A stretch of 63,816 nt of DNA, counting the filler, from Octopus bimaculoides (lineage: Eukaryota), in assembly GCF_001194135.2 (NCBI RefSeq). It is 6 parts of 6 records of this genome, joined end to end, with 100 filler letters (N's around TTAATTAATTAA, not from the genome) between each part and the next. Parts side by side here need not be neighbours in the genome. Positions count along the whole stretch, not along the records: positions 50,180 to 58,027 come from NC_069006.1; positions 58,128 to 60,709 come from NW_026395052.1; positions 60,810 to 63,816 come from NW_026315910.1; 3 more parts are not named here. One strand, written 5' to 3'. Below the pieces are notes generated by a model. It was not told the origin of the DNA and made no database searches. It saw only the letters and a list, made by a program, of their open reading frames with translations. The position numbers were made by a program, and so were the translations under genes. Every line of letters starts with the position of its first letter. Position 1 is the first letter of the stretch. Of the stretch, positions 51,721 through 63,816 are shown in pieces.

Positions 51721-53516
51721 CGCGTCGCTATGAATCAAGACTTTACGATAGCGTGCCGAATATACACGATACACAACACGATTACACGCACACACATATA
51801 CCAACGTCTACACACTCTTACTAAACTGTGCTATGGCTATATACATATACTTTCGCACTTGCACATGACTACACACAATTGCTCATCCCAGATCAACTCA
51901 TACAGCATTTCACCTCTTATGCCCATCTGCAAACACTAATAGACTCCTATACACGCTCACTTCGCCCTTCCTCTCTTCTTATATCCCTCCCATAGAACCG
52001 ATTGTGTATTTTTTTTAACCCATCTTATATTTTTCTTTCGTTCTTAACCTCTCTTTTTTTCTTTTAAGCATTAATACGATACTTCCATCGATTATTAATA
52101 ATGATGTCTTTATTAACCACAAAGGTTTACATTAAGAAAAACATTATGGACAGCACAGGGCAAAACAAAGAATGTGTGTGTATACGTGTGTGAGGGTTTT
52201 GCATGTAAACAAGACTAACAAAATCAAAAGAAAAAAAAGGAAGAACGAAAGAAATCAACAATGAGTAATCCTCAATAGGGAGGAGTCGTTTGAGGGTTGC
52301 TCATGGAAAACCCCACTAAAAAAACCCATGCCTCTTTTACTTTCCATATTTCCAACTACAGGCATAGGCTCAGGGCAGGCCCGTTCACTCGCACCATTCA
52401 CACCACTTTCATTCACCTATAAAATATATAGAGAGAGATACATGCTTTGTGTTCTATTTTCCTCTTTGCATCCCCAAAGCTATATGCTGTACACACACAT
52501 ACACACACAACATTTTGTAAACAAACTTTCATTTGAAAACGTCGAATGTGTTTCGTATTTTACAGACAAGAAAAATACACTGCGTTGGAAATGTTACTTT
52601 CTTGTCTGTAAAATATATACGTTTGTATATGTATACGCATATATGTATGTATATCTTTATACACATACACCCACATGTATATATAGACATATATATGTAT
52701 CCATGCACGCACACACACATACAAACGCATGTACACACACACATACACTCAGTATAAACTTTCCACTTGATGCTGTTTATAAGAAGGGTGTGTTTGTTAT
52801 TGACAGAAGTCCGCTGAATTGAATGTAAAATAGGAGCGATTTTTTTATTACTTTTAATGTAAAATAATAGATTTAATTCAACATACATCACTATACACTA
52901 ATATATTATCAAATCATAATAAAGAATTTGTCAGTTGTACTTTCCACTTTTTTTCTTTTCACAATATATTTGAAGATTCTATTGCCACGAACCTTCACCC
53001 GAGAGTTCACCATATATCTATTATATCTTATTATCCGTTTGTTTGCAGGAAGAAGGCTTTTATATAAAGAACAAGTGCTCAGTAAATCAATAGCATAAAT
53101 GTATTGGCTTATTCCAGTAGCGATAGTTGACTGAATTCGTTCTGTTTATGTTCTACGAAGAAGAAACTGATTTCGATTGGTGGGTCACGAAAATGGACGC
53201 CAGCAAAATACCTAAAACTGTAAGTTATGCTTACATTTTAAAGGAACTGGACACAGACATTTGCCAAAAAAGTGGAAACTAGCTGTCACAAAGGCATTAT
53301 CAATGGTTGTTTAAATTAATGTTTAAAAAAAAAAGGGATTGTATTAGCAGGTTCAATGAAGTCGCTCGGAGGTGGGGGCCGAACGGCTTCATTCCATTTT
53401 TTCATTATATTCAGTTCATTTTTTTCCATTCGTTTTATTTATTTATTTATTTATTTTTTGTCCCCACCTTGTACTCTCCCCTTTACGTACGACCTTCATG
53501 GTTGAAGACTTCGGTC

Positions 53517-53554
<38 letters not shown>

Positions 53555-53640
53555 GCTCTGTGAGTTGTCATTTTTATTGTTGAAACTCAGTTATTTATTG
53601 TAAACTGTTGTTGAAAATTATTGTTGGAAAAATATAGAAC

Positions 53641-53649
53641 CAGGTAAGT
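53641..53649 (+). promoter_or_regulatory. Consensus 5' splice donor CAG|GTAAGT after a non-coding segment
   Basis: Exact 9-mer at 53641-53649. All three frames contain stops in the preceding 53 nt, so if real this is a UTR or non-coding exon. Confidence 0.3.
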
Positions 53650-53914
53650 GAGGCCAGAAGGAAAAGTAAAGGTTCGAACCTGGCGGTTGGATGCCTATCC
53701 TTCAGTCACACATTGCAAAATTTGCAATGATCATCAAGCTTATATTGGAATTTTTAAAAGGAAAAACAACAAAAAAGATATAATTTTTAACAGCATGACA
53801 TATTTTATCGTTCGAGATTTTTTCATTCGTAATAAGCATCTTCTTCACCATCTATGTTTGTCTGTCCTTGTTTGTCCCATCTATGTACGGCTTCCATAGC
53901 CAATTTATGAAATA

Positions 53915-54235
53915 AAGAAGCTTGCTTCCCAACCACATAGTTCCGAGTTCAGTCGTGGGTGGATTTGATAAGCAGAAACTGGAAGAAGCCCGTCGTATAT
54001 TTACATGTGTGTGTGTATGTGTTTGTGTGTGTGTGTGTTTACCCCCTCCACCGTTTGACAACGTGTATTCCAGTGTTCCAGTCCTCGTAACACAGCGGAT
54101 CGGTCTAAGAGCCCGATACAATACGTATCAGGCTTAAAAACAAATTCCTTTTAGTTGATTACTTCGACTAAAATTCTTCAAGGCAGCGCTCCATCATGGC
54201 CACAGTCTCGTGACTGAAGAAAGTAAAAAATAAAT
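53915..54235 (+). mobile_element. SINE-A copy, internally deleted
   Basis: gcttgcttcccaaccacatagttccgagttcagtc, gaagcccgtcgtatat, ttcttcaaggcagcgctccatcatggccacagtc. Confidence 0.85.
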
Positions 54236-54282
54236 GATAAAAGATATCTCTCTCCCCTCTTTCTCTCTCTCTCTCCCCTCTT

Positions 54283-54338
<56 letters not shown>

Positions 54339-54436
54339 TACACATGNNNNNNNNNNATACACATGTATATATATTGTGTGTGTGTACATTCATACATAGG
54401 TACACACATACGCACGCAGCAAGAACATATATTCAT

Positions 54437-54467
<31 letters not shown>

Positions 54468-55116
54468 AATACACACGCACACGCGCGCGCACACACGCAC
54501 ATCATAGAAAGCTATTGATCATTGATTTGGTTAATCAGCGCTGATCTGGAGGTTAAGCAACAACAAGAAGACAACAACAAACACAACAACAACAAGATTT
54601 ACAGCAGCACCAAATTATATATCTCCACACTTTGTCTGCTACAAACGACAGTTGCAGGTGGAGGCGGGGAGCTTCCGGTGTCAGAAACATTGGTGTCTTA
54701 GTGAAAACCAAAATAGAGAACTCCATTCAAGGGAAGCAATTCTTTTACTTAAATTTCCCATTCAGACATCATAGATGCACAAAAAGAAAGATAATAAAAA
54801 AAAAGTAATAAAATTAATAATAAATGAATAATATAAATGGAAGAAATCGAGAGAAATGGAAATTAAATTCCATTTTTATCGTCTTTCAGCAGAATATTCT
54901 GACACAGGGATGGCAAGACAATTTAGATTAAATATTCTAAACATGGAAGAAAATCACTGAGTGAATGTCGAATTGAGTAACCTTCAAGAATCAGATTAAA
55001 ATAGGCTTACATTTTGACAGCAGTGCACGCACGCACGCGTTCACACACCCATCCACACACACACATTTATATGTATGTGTGTGTGTATGGATGTATGCCT
55101 GTATATATCTTCGCAC

Positions 55117-55157
<41 letters not shown>

Positions 55158-55158
55158 C

Positions 55159-55203
<45 letters not shown>

Positions 55204-56046
55204 TATATACATNNNNNNNNNNNNNNNNNNNNNNNNNNNNNNNNNNNNNNNNNNNNNNNNNNNNNNNNNNNNNNNNNNNNNNNNNNNNNNNNNNNNNNNN
55301 NNNNNNNNNNNNNNNNNNNNNNNNNNNNNNNNNNNNNNNNNNNNNNNNNNNNNNNNNNNNNNNNNNNNNNNNNNNNNNNNNNNNNNNNNNNNNNNNNNNN
55401 NNNNNNNNNNNNNNNNNNNNNNNNNNNNNNNNNNNNNNNNNNNNNNNNNNNNNNNNNNNNNNNNNNNNNNNNNNNNNNNNNNNNNNNNNNNNNNNNNNNN
55501 NNNNNNNNNNNNNNNNNNNNNNNNNNNNNNNNNNNNNNNNNNNNNNNNNNNNNNNNNNNNNNNNNNNNNNNNNNNNNNNNNNNNNNNNNNNNNNNNNNNN
55601 NNNNNNNNNNNNNNNNNNNNNNNNNNNNNNNNNNNNNNNNNNNNNNNNNNNNNNNNNNNNNNNNNNNNNNNNNNNNNNNNNNNNNNNNNNNNNNNNNNNN
55701 NNNNNNNNNNNNNNNNNNNNNNNNNNNNNNNNNNNNNNNNNNNNNNNNNNNNNNNNNNNNNNNNNNNNNNNNNNNNNNNNNNNNNNNNNNNNNNNNNNNN
55801 NNNNNNNNNNNNNNNNNNNNNNNNNNNNNNNNNNNNNNNNNNNNNNNNNNNNNNNNNNNNNNNNNNNNNNNNNNNNNNNNNNNNNNNNNNNNNNNNNNNN
55901 NNNNNNNNNNNNNNNNNNNNNNNNNNNNNNNNNNNNNNNNNNNNNNNNNNNNNNNNNNNNNNNNNNNNNNNNNNNNNNNNNNNNNNNNNNNNNNNNNNNN
56001 NNNNNNNNNNNNNNNNNNNNNNNNNNNNNNNNNNNNNNNNNNNNNN

Positions 56047-56077
<31 letters not shown>

Positions 56078-56389
56078 GTATATATGTATATATATATGCT
56101 CACACACATACACACAGAAGTATATATACAAGGAAAGGTAGAGTAGAGCGTTTATGAAAGAGAAGCAGATGAAAGGCGCACTTGTTTGGGTGTATATGTG
56201 TAAGGAAAAATGAATGAGAGAGAGAAAGAGAGGAGGGGGAAGGAAAAGGATAGAAATGGGGGTTTGGGAAAGAGATGATTCGGTATACATGTTTGTTCCT
56301 ATTCATTGCTCTGTTGAAACTCCAGATATTAAAGCTGATCTGTCAAACATGTTACGTTATGCAAATGTGATTGCGCCAACCAGAATAGT

Positions 56390-56730
56390 CTTTCTCTTAA
56401 GCGTTTATTTGTTTCAATATTTGGACTGCGGCTATGCTGGAGCACCGCCTTCAAAGGTTTATTCGAAGAAGTCGACCCTATCGGCCTTTATCAGAGATAA
56501 AAATGCACATACAAATATATATATATCGTTTATTTTTTTTATCTTTTACTGGTATCAATCATTCGACTGCAACCATGCAGTTTTTAGACGAATTAATCGA
56601 GCCCTAGTATATATTTGGTTTTTAAACCTGGTACTTATTCTATCGGTCCTTTAGGCCGAACCCATAAGTTATCAAGACGCAAACACACCAACAAGCGGTG
56701 GTGATGGGACAAACACAGGCACACACACTA
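56390..56730 (-). mobile_element. SINE-A fragments (a solo tail plus a 3' half)
   Basis: gactgcggctatgctggagcaccgccttc; cctggtacttattctatcgg; gggacaaacacag. Confidence 0.78.
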
Positions 56731-56775
<45 letters not shown>

Positions 56776-56829
56776 NNNNNNNNNNNNNNNNNNNNNNNNN
56801 NNNNNNNNNNNNNNNNNNNNNNNNNNNNN

Positions 56830-56880
<51 letters not shown>

Positions 56881-56889
56881 CACACACAC

Positions 56890-57961
56890 GAAAATATTCC
56901 TCTAGTACTGTTCTGACCTCGTCTACAGAATTCATATTTTTTCCATCTAAATAATTTTGAAGACTGCGGAATAAATGATAATCAGATGGGACAATATCTG
57001 GCGAATATGGTGGGTGGGGCATCGTTTCCCATTCAAACTGCTCCAGCCTTTCGAATGTCATCTTCGCTGTATGTGGCCGAGCTTTATCCCGATGGAAGAA
57101 CACCTTTCATCTTGAAAACAAAGATGGTCGTTTTTCTTCTAGCTCTGACTTAAGCCGCTCAACCTGCTTGCAGTAGATCTCCTTTGTTATCGTTTGGTTT
57201 GGATTTAAAAGTTTAAAGTGGACTAAACCTTTCATATCCCACCAAATCGATAACAACACTTTATGTGAGTGAAGCCCCTCTTTAGCCTGGGGTACCAGTG
57301 CTTCTCCTTTCCCTATTCACTCTCTTCGGCGCTTGACATTTTTATAGAGCCCATTTCTCGCCACCAGTCACTATTCGGCCCAAAAAAGGTTCATTAGTGA
57401 GACACGACAGCAAAGAAAAGCACACATTCATTCTCTGCGCACGATTAGACTCGGAAAGTTTGTGAATAACCCATTGACCCAATTTACTGACTTTTCCGAT
57501 GGCATGCAGGTATCGCTGAATGGTTGAATGACAAAATCCAACAGTTACGACGGGATTTTGTCCCATCAGGGCTTGCAGGACGTCCTCGTCAAGAGCTACA
57601 GATTTTCCAGGACGAGGCTCGTCTTCTAGGTTGTATTTTCTAGCTTGGAATTTCTGGAGCCACCGTTGACACTGGCTTACGCTTATTGCCCGATCGCCAT
57701 ATACTGTATCAATATTCCTCGCAGTTTCCCTTGCATTGTTGCCTTTACTGAACTCATAAAGCAAAATATGCCGAATATACTCCTTTGTCACTTCCATTAT
57801 AACTGTTAAAAATAAACTCTTTAAAACTTGCGTTAAGAATAAGTACAATGTAAAAGTACTACCTGCTTTTATAGCAAGTCGATGCAGGTAGTCTATCCCG
57901 CCCAGCTCTGACTTTTAATTCATGCAAGGGAAAAAACCGCATTATTTATGGGATGATCCAA
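56890..57961 (-). mobile_element. Mariner (DD34D) DNA transposon relic with transposase pseudogene
   Basis: ATG at 57797: MEVTKEYIRHILLYEF...EDEPRPG...WVIHKL...IVTGGEKW (first catalytic D mutated to G), then a frameshift near 57345, VLLSIWWD...HRDKARPH...HPPYSPDIVPSDYHLF. I count 34 residues between the last two Asp. At least two in-frame stops. TIR-like TTGGATCATCCCATAAATAATGCGGTTTTTT at 57961-57931; the 3' end is lost in a (TA)n/N gap. Confidence 0.95.
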
Positions 57962-58070
57962 CACACACACACACACACACATACATACATACATACATAC
58001 ATACATACATACATACATACATACATANNNNNNNNNNNNNNNNNNNNNNNNNNNNNNNNNNNNNNNNNNN

Positions 58071-58082
58071 NTTAATTAATTA
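58071..58082. other. Synthetic TTAATTAATTAA gap linker
   Basis: Flanked by N-runs of about 44. Confidence 0.93.
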
Positions 58083-58309
58083 ANNNNNNNNNNNNNNNNN
58101 NNNNNNNNNNNNNNNNNNNNNNNNNNNGACCACCATCACTACCACCCATCACCCCCGCCACACCTCAGCGCACCGTATCCTTCACCACAAGAACAACACC
58201 ACCCACCACCACCACCACCACCAGAATCATCACCGCCAGCCCTAACCATTTTCTCTTATTAACAAAATCCTCCCGTTTCTGCAGATCTTCGTCAAATATA
58301 GAATTGTTC

Positions 58310-58757
58310 TTTTTTATCTTTTATTCTTTTACTTGTTTCAGTAATTAGACTGCGGCCATGCTGGGGCAGAGCCTTAAAGAATTTTTAGTCGTATGAATCG
58401 ATCCTATTCCTTTTGTGTGTGTGTGCTAAGCCTGGTTCCTGTTCTGTCAGCCTCTTTTGCCAAACCGCTTTCTTACAGGGACGGAAACCCGTCAACATCG
58501 GTTGTTAAGTAGTTGTGGGGGCCAACACAGACACAAAAACATACATACGCATGCACACAAACACACACAGAATATATAGATATGTATATATATTCACGAC
58601 AATCGTCTTTGAGTCTTCGACTACCAAATCCACTCAGAAGATTTTGGTTGGCCTGAGGCTATAGTAGAAGACACATGTGCAAGAAGCCACAAATTGGGAC
58701 TGAACCAGGATCCATGCCGTTGCGAAGTAAGCTTCTTACCACACAGCCACCCCTGCA
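58310..58757 (-). mobile_element. SINE-A copy, full length, diverged
   Basis: cttttacttgtttcagtaattagactgcggccatgctgggg through cttcttaccacacagccacccctgc. Confidence 0.9.
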
Positions 58758-59022
58758 TCCATGAGAATATTTTTTTAACAATGGACTTTGAAAGACGTTA
58801 TAACTTTAAAACCTGGAAACTGGGTCAGCTGGTGCATAAAAATTGAATAAAACCTCCAAAAAAACAAACTTAAAACCTTTTAACAAAGTAGTTACGGGTT
58901 CAGTCACAGTGTTCGGAACCNNNNNNNNNNNNNNNNNNNNNNNNNNNNNNNNNNNNNNNNNNNNNNNNNNNNNNNNNNNNNNNNNNNNNNNNNNNNNNNN
59001 NNNNNNNNNNNNNNNNNNNNNN

Positions 59023-59060
<38 letters not shown>

Positions 59061-59330
59061 GTGTGTGTATCGATGTATAGATATGTGCGCTTGCCTGTCT
59101 GCGCGCGCGTGTATTCTGTCTGTGTTTTTCTCCCACCGCCACTTGACAACCGGTGTTGGTGTATTTACATCCCCGTATACAGCGGTTTGCGCAAAAGAAA
59201 CCGATAGAATAAGAACCCGGTTTAACACACAAAAAAAAACGTACTGCTGTCGATTCATTCCAGTGAAAATATACCTCAAGGCGTGCCCCAGTGTGGCCAC
59301 AGTTTAATGGCTGAAACAAGCCAAGAAGAA
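59023..59330 (+). mobile_element. SINE-A 3' half
   Basis: cttgacaaccggtgttggtgtatttacatccccg and tcaaggcgtgccccagtgtggccacagtttaatggctgaaacaag. Confidence 0.88.
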
Positions 59331-60194
59331 TAAGAAAAATCGAAGATTATTCTAATCGATTCCCCCAAAAGCTATCAATGCAAAAAACACTATTTAAACG
59401 TTTTTCCTTATTATTTGTATTTTCCGTGAACGTCACGCCCACTAACATATTAAGATGTATACTAAGGACATTGGCAAAAGCAGATGCATGCAATGGTCAG
59501 CTTGACCAATGAGTGGACACTACTGTTTGACCATCGTAGCGACACCAGATCTATACTAAAGCCAAGATACCAATACCAATCAATAGTGACTACCAAAATT
59601 GTACCAACAACCAAAGTACTTTTTTTAGTACTTTTACATGAAGAATTTCATAGTAGAAACACAAAATTCTTCATCACTACTGCAAGAATGAATGAATGAA
59701 TGAATACCAGTTCGAAACTANNNNNNNNNNNNNNNNNNNNNNNNNNNNNNNNNNNNNNNNNNNNNNNNNNNNNNNNNNNNNNNNNNNNNNNNNNNNNNNN
59801 NNNNNNNNNNNNNNNNNNNNNNNNNNNNNNNNNNNNNNNNNNNNNNNNNNNNNNNNNNNNNNNNNNNNNNNNNNNNNNNNNNNNNNNNNNNNNNNNNNNN
59901 NNNNNNNNNNNNNNNNNNNNNNNNNNNNNNNNNNNNNNNNNNNNNNNNNNNNNNNNNNNNNNNNNNNNNNNNNNNNNNNNNNNNNNNNNNNNNNNNNNNN
60001 NNNNNNNNNNNNAACTGTATCAGTAAATACTAATGTAGGTGGCACCATTCCAGTACCACCACCATCACAGCCACCACAACCACAACCACAACCACCGCTG
60101 CCGCCATCAGTTCCAACCATTTCTGTCGTTTACAAAAAGCCTCCCGTGTCTGCAGGATTTTGTTAAAAACAGGAATTTAAAAACTTTTTATCCT

Positions 60195-60560
60195 CTAACT
60201 TGTGTCAGTCATTAGACTACGGCCATGCTGGGGCATCGCCTTAAAGAATGTTCAACGAATTGCCCCTAGAACTTCTTTCTTTCTTTCATTCATTTATTTT
60301 TTTTAGCTTGGTACTTTTTTCCATCTATTTTGTCGCTTTGTTCAACTAAAATCTTCAAAGCTCCAGTATGGCTGCAGTTAAATGACTAAATCAAAAGAAT
60401 GAAAGAATTAAAGAATATACGAATGGCTTCTTTTAGTTTTAGTCAACCGATTCCACTCAAAGGGCTTTGGTCACCCCGAAGGTATAGTAGGAAAGTACTC
60501 GCCCAAGTTTCCACACAGTGGGACCGAACTCGTGACCATGTGCCTAGGAAGCAAGTTGAT
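60195..60560. mobile_element. Cluster of SINE-A pieces: tail (-) 60195-60250, tail (+) 60345-60412, head (-) 60425-60560
   Basis: gactacggccatgctggggcatcgcc; ctccagtatggctgcagttaaatgact; caagtttccacacagtgggaccgaac. Confidence 0.75.
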
Positions 60561-60753
60561 AACATTAAAAAACCTTTTAAGAGTTTTTTTTTAAATATAT
60601 TTTTATGGTTATATTCATTGTCAGCACAGCACGTGACCCATTTTCCCGTCTTTCAAGTTACGTCATTCGCTGTCCGTTGTTCAGAATAATATTTATAATA
60701 TCTAGATACNNNNNNNNNNNNNNNNNNNNNNNNNNNNNNNNNNNNNNNNNNNN

Positions 60754-60765
60754 TTAATTAATTAA
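60754..60765. other. Synthetic TTAATTAATTAA gap linker
   Basis: Flanked by N-runs of about 44. Confidence 0.93.
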
Positions 60766-61126
60766 NNNNNNNNNNNNNNNNNNNNNNNNNNNNNNNNNNN
60801 NNNNNNNNNTAGTGGTTGCGGTGGTGGTGGTGGCGGTGGTGATAGTGCAGGTGTTTAGTGTAGTGGTTGCGGTGGTGGTGGTGGCGGTGGTGGTGGTGAG
60901 TCGTGGCTGTTGGAGTGGTGTAATATATACCAGTACGGTGCCCCGTGCGGGTAGTATTGTATAACGTGATACGTGTATGTGTATGTAGACATGTATATAG
61001 AGTTTATGTATGTATGTATATATATATATACGTGTATATAAATATATAAATACATGGAAAGTGAACGTGGGAGTTTTCTACTCAGCCACTTTCTCCAATC
61101 ATACATACGAATATAAGATAGTAAAA

Positions 61127-61512
61127 TGTGATTTGAGGGAGATTTGGTTGCTATTTCTAGCAGGTCTAGCTACTATGTAGAGGCCTCTCTCATTGGCTCA
61201 TACATACATATATACATAGATAAGAGAGTAGGGTGTGATTTGAGGGAGATTTGGTTGCTATTCTAGCAGGTCTAGCTACTATGTAGAAGCCTCTCTCATT
61301 GGCTCATACATACATATATACATAGATAAGAGAGTAGGGTGTCATTTGAGGGAGATTTGGTTGCTATTTCTAGCAGGTCTAGCTACTATGTAGAGGTCTC
61401 CCTCATTGGCTCATACATACATATATACATAGATAAAAGAGTAGGGTGTGATTTGAGGGAGATTTGGTTGCTATTTCTAGCAGGTCTAGCTACCATGTAG
61501 AGGCCTCTCTCT
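61127..61512. repeat. Tandem array of about 3.6 copies of a 106-107 bp unit
   Basis: atttgagggagatttggttgc starts at 61131, 61238, 61344 and 61451; units differ at only a few positions. Confidence 0.96.
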
Positions 61513-61579
61513 CGTTGCTTTCATATTGTAATTACAGCAGTTGTTGTTCTTGTTGTTGTTGTAGTATATGTTAGAAGTA

Positions 61580-62080
61580 GATAAGGAGAGTCAGTGGGTG
61601 ATGATGTAATAGGGGTGGGATAGGGGTGGAATGTGGTGGCAATGATGATGATGGTGGTGGTGGAAGTAGTTTTGGTGCTAGTGTTATTTGTAATGGTGGT
61701 GGTGGTAGCGGTGATTGTGGTCTGTGGTGGCGGTGATGGTTGTAGTGGTGGTCGTGGTGGTGGTGGCTGTAGTCTTTGGTGGTGGTAGTAGCAGTATTAT
61801 TATTATTAGTGGTGGTGGTGGCACTAGCATTAGTGGTTGTGGTTAGGGTGCTAGTTGTGGTGGTGGTGATGGTAGTAGTAGTGTTCATGGTGTTAGTGGT
61901 GGTGATAGTGGCTGTTATGGTCTTTGGTGGTAGTGGTAGTAGTGGTGGTCATGGTGGTGGTGGCTGTTGTGGTCTTTGGTGGTGGTGGCAGCGGCAATGA
62001 AGGTAGTGATTGTTGTGGTATTGGTGGTAGTAAGAATAGTGGTGTTGGTTGTTGTTGAGGTCATAGTGGTGTTAATGGTA
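61580..62080. repeat. Degenerate (GGT/AGT)n low-complexity tract
   Basis: Direct reading; source of the poly-T, -V and -P ORFs. Confidence 0.9.
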
Positions 62081-62303
62081 AAAAGTGAGTGAGAGAGTGC
62101 ATGTGTATATATATGTATATGTGCGTGTGTATGTGTATATAAGTGTATGTGTCTATATATCTGTGTGTGTGTGTGTGTGTGTGCATATGTGTGTATATGT
62201 GTATGTGTGTATATATCTGGGTGTGTGTGTATGTGTATATATGTGTATGTATGTATGTATTTGTTTATGTGTGTGTATGTATATATATGTGTGTATATAT
62301 CTG

Positions 62304-62452
62304 GGCGTTAGGAAGGGCATCCAGCTGTAGAAACTCTGCCAAATCAGATTGGAGCCTTGTGTAGCCATCTGGTTTCACCAGTCCTCAATCAAATCGTCCA
62401 ACCCATGCTAGCATGGAAAGCGGACGTTAAACGATGATGATGATGATGATGA
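62304..62452 (+). mobile_element. 3' end of a SINE/LINE with an RTE-type (GAT)n tail
   Basis: ggcgttaggaagggcatccagctgtagaaac through cccatgctagcatggaaagcggacgttaaacgatgatgatgat. The family assignment is from memory. Confidence 0.7.
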
Positions 62453-63816
62453 TATATGAGACTGGATATGGGCATTGCTGTAACCCCTTCTGAGCAAAAC
62501 AGCTAGTGTAAAATGTCCAGAGATGAAACTCCGAGTAACAACGTATTAGGCTTTATCAGGACGGTTTTGATGCAGGTATTAGTTCAGTATATAAGGCCTT
62601 GAGTATACTTAGTTCATTCTTTGAGTCATGTANNNNNNNNNNNNNNNNNNNNNNNNNNNNNNNNNNNNNNNNNNNNNNNNNNNNNNNNNNNNNNNNNNNN
62701 NNNNNNNNNNNNNNNNNNNNNNNNNNNNNNNNNNNNNNNNNNNNNNNNNNNNNNNNNNNNNNNNNNNNNNNNNNNNNNNNNNNNNNNNNNNNNNNNNNNN
62801 NNNNNNNNNNNNNNNNNNNNNNNNNNNNNNNNNNNNNNNNNNNNNNNNNNNNNNNNNNNNNNNNNNNNNNNNNNNNNNNNNNNNNNNNNNNNNNNNNNNN
62901 NNNNNNNNNNNNNNNNNNNNNNNNNNNNNNNNNNNNNNNNNNNNNNNNNNNNNNNNNNNNNNNNNNNNNNNNNNNNNNNNNNNNNNNNNNNNNNNNNNNN
63001 NNNNNNNNNNNNNNNNNNNNNNNNNNNNNNNNNNNNNNNNNNNNNNNNNNNNNNNNNNNNNNNNNNNNNNNNNNNNNNNNNNNNNNNNNNNNNNNNNNNN
63101 NNNNNNNNNNNNNNNNNNNNNNNNNNNNNNNNNNNNNNNNNNNNNNNNNNNNNNNNNNNNNNNNNNNNNNNNNNNNNNNNNNNNNNNNNNNNNNNNNNNN
63201 NNNNTATATATATATATATATACATGTAACTTCACACATGAAGCGGAAACCACTAATTTGGTCAAGGATGTAGTTAGTACCAGCTGAAATGCATTTGATA
63301 TATAATGTGTATATATTTGTGTGTGTGTGTGTGATATGTGTGTACATGTGAGTACACCAGACACACGCACACATACATACATAAATCCACATGCATTTTA
63401 TTAGAATGTTTTATGCTTATTTACCATAAGCTCTTATTCGTCTATTCGTTTGTGTGTGTGCGTGTGTTTGCATTCATATATCCTTGTGTATAGATATGTG
63501 TGCATCTATGTGTGTGTATATATAACAATATGTGGGTCGCGCGCGTGTGTGTGTGAGTATTGTACGCATCAAACCCAACACAAGAAATATCTCTAGAGAA
63601 GGGTATATATATATATATAAATTTCAATAAAAAAAACCTACATAACCGACGACGGTACGAGTGCTTGTGGTGGCGGGTGGGGGTTGGAATGGGTGGCAGT
63701 GTGTGGCTGGTGGTGGGGTGGTTGTAGTAGTAACCGTTTCCAGTGATGGTGGTGGTGGTGGTCATGGTGGTATTGGTGTCACGAATAGATGCTGGAAATA
63801 CTGGTTTTTCTCATCA

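Noticed and set aside
56890-57848. Domesticated SETMAR-like or active transposase
   Set aside because: It has a catalytic D-to-G change, a frameshift and in-frame stops, and no SET-domain exon is visible.
61127-61512. CRISPR array
   Set aside because: Whole 107-bp units repeat with no unique spacers, there are no cas genes, and the context is eukaryotic.

Overview
This is AT-rich eukaryotic draft-assembly DNA, about 15% N, saturated with (TA)n, (CA)n, (AAT)n, (GATA)n and (GAT/GGT)n microsatellites. The repeat families and microsatellite load point to an octopus genome, possibly O. bimaculoides; that is inference from remembered repeat sequences, not a database result. I can recognise no cellular protein-coding gene, and nearly all listed ORFs are artefacts of microsatellites or N-runs. 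Well supported: (i) many copies of two tRNA-derived SINE families, here SINE-A (about 400 bp, internal microsatellite) and SINE-B (about 200 bp); (ii) R4/Dong-like non-LTR retrotransposon fragments with a restriction-like endonuclease (RLE), tied to (AAT)n; (iii) two back-to-back RTE-clade LINE fragments; (iv) a dead DD34D mariner; (v) a MITE-like element with 15-bp inverted subterminal repeats; (vi) a 107-bp tandem array; (vii) five synthetic TTAATTAATTAA gap linkers. The most unusual item is a 5S rRNA-derived segment joined to a SINE-A 3' tail at 32308-32462, a candidate SINE3-type chimera. Several splice-bounded unique islands and promoter-like motifs hint at an unannotated spliced gene, but strand and product cannot be settled from sequence alone. 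I found no convincing new multi-gene system. Repeat boundaries are read by eye and approximate.
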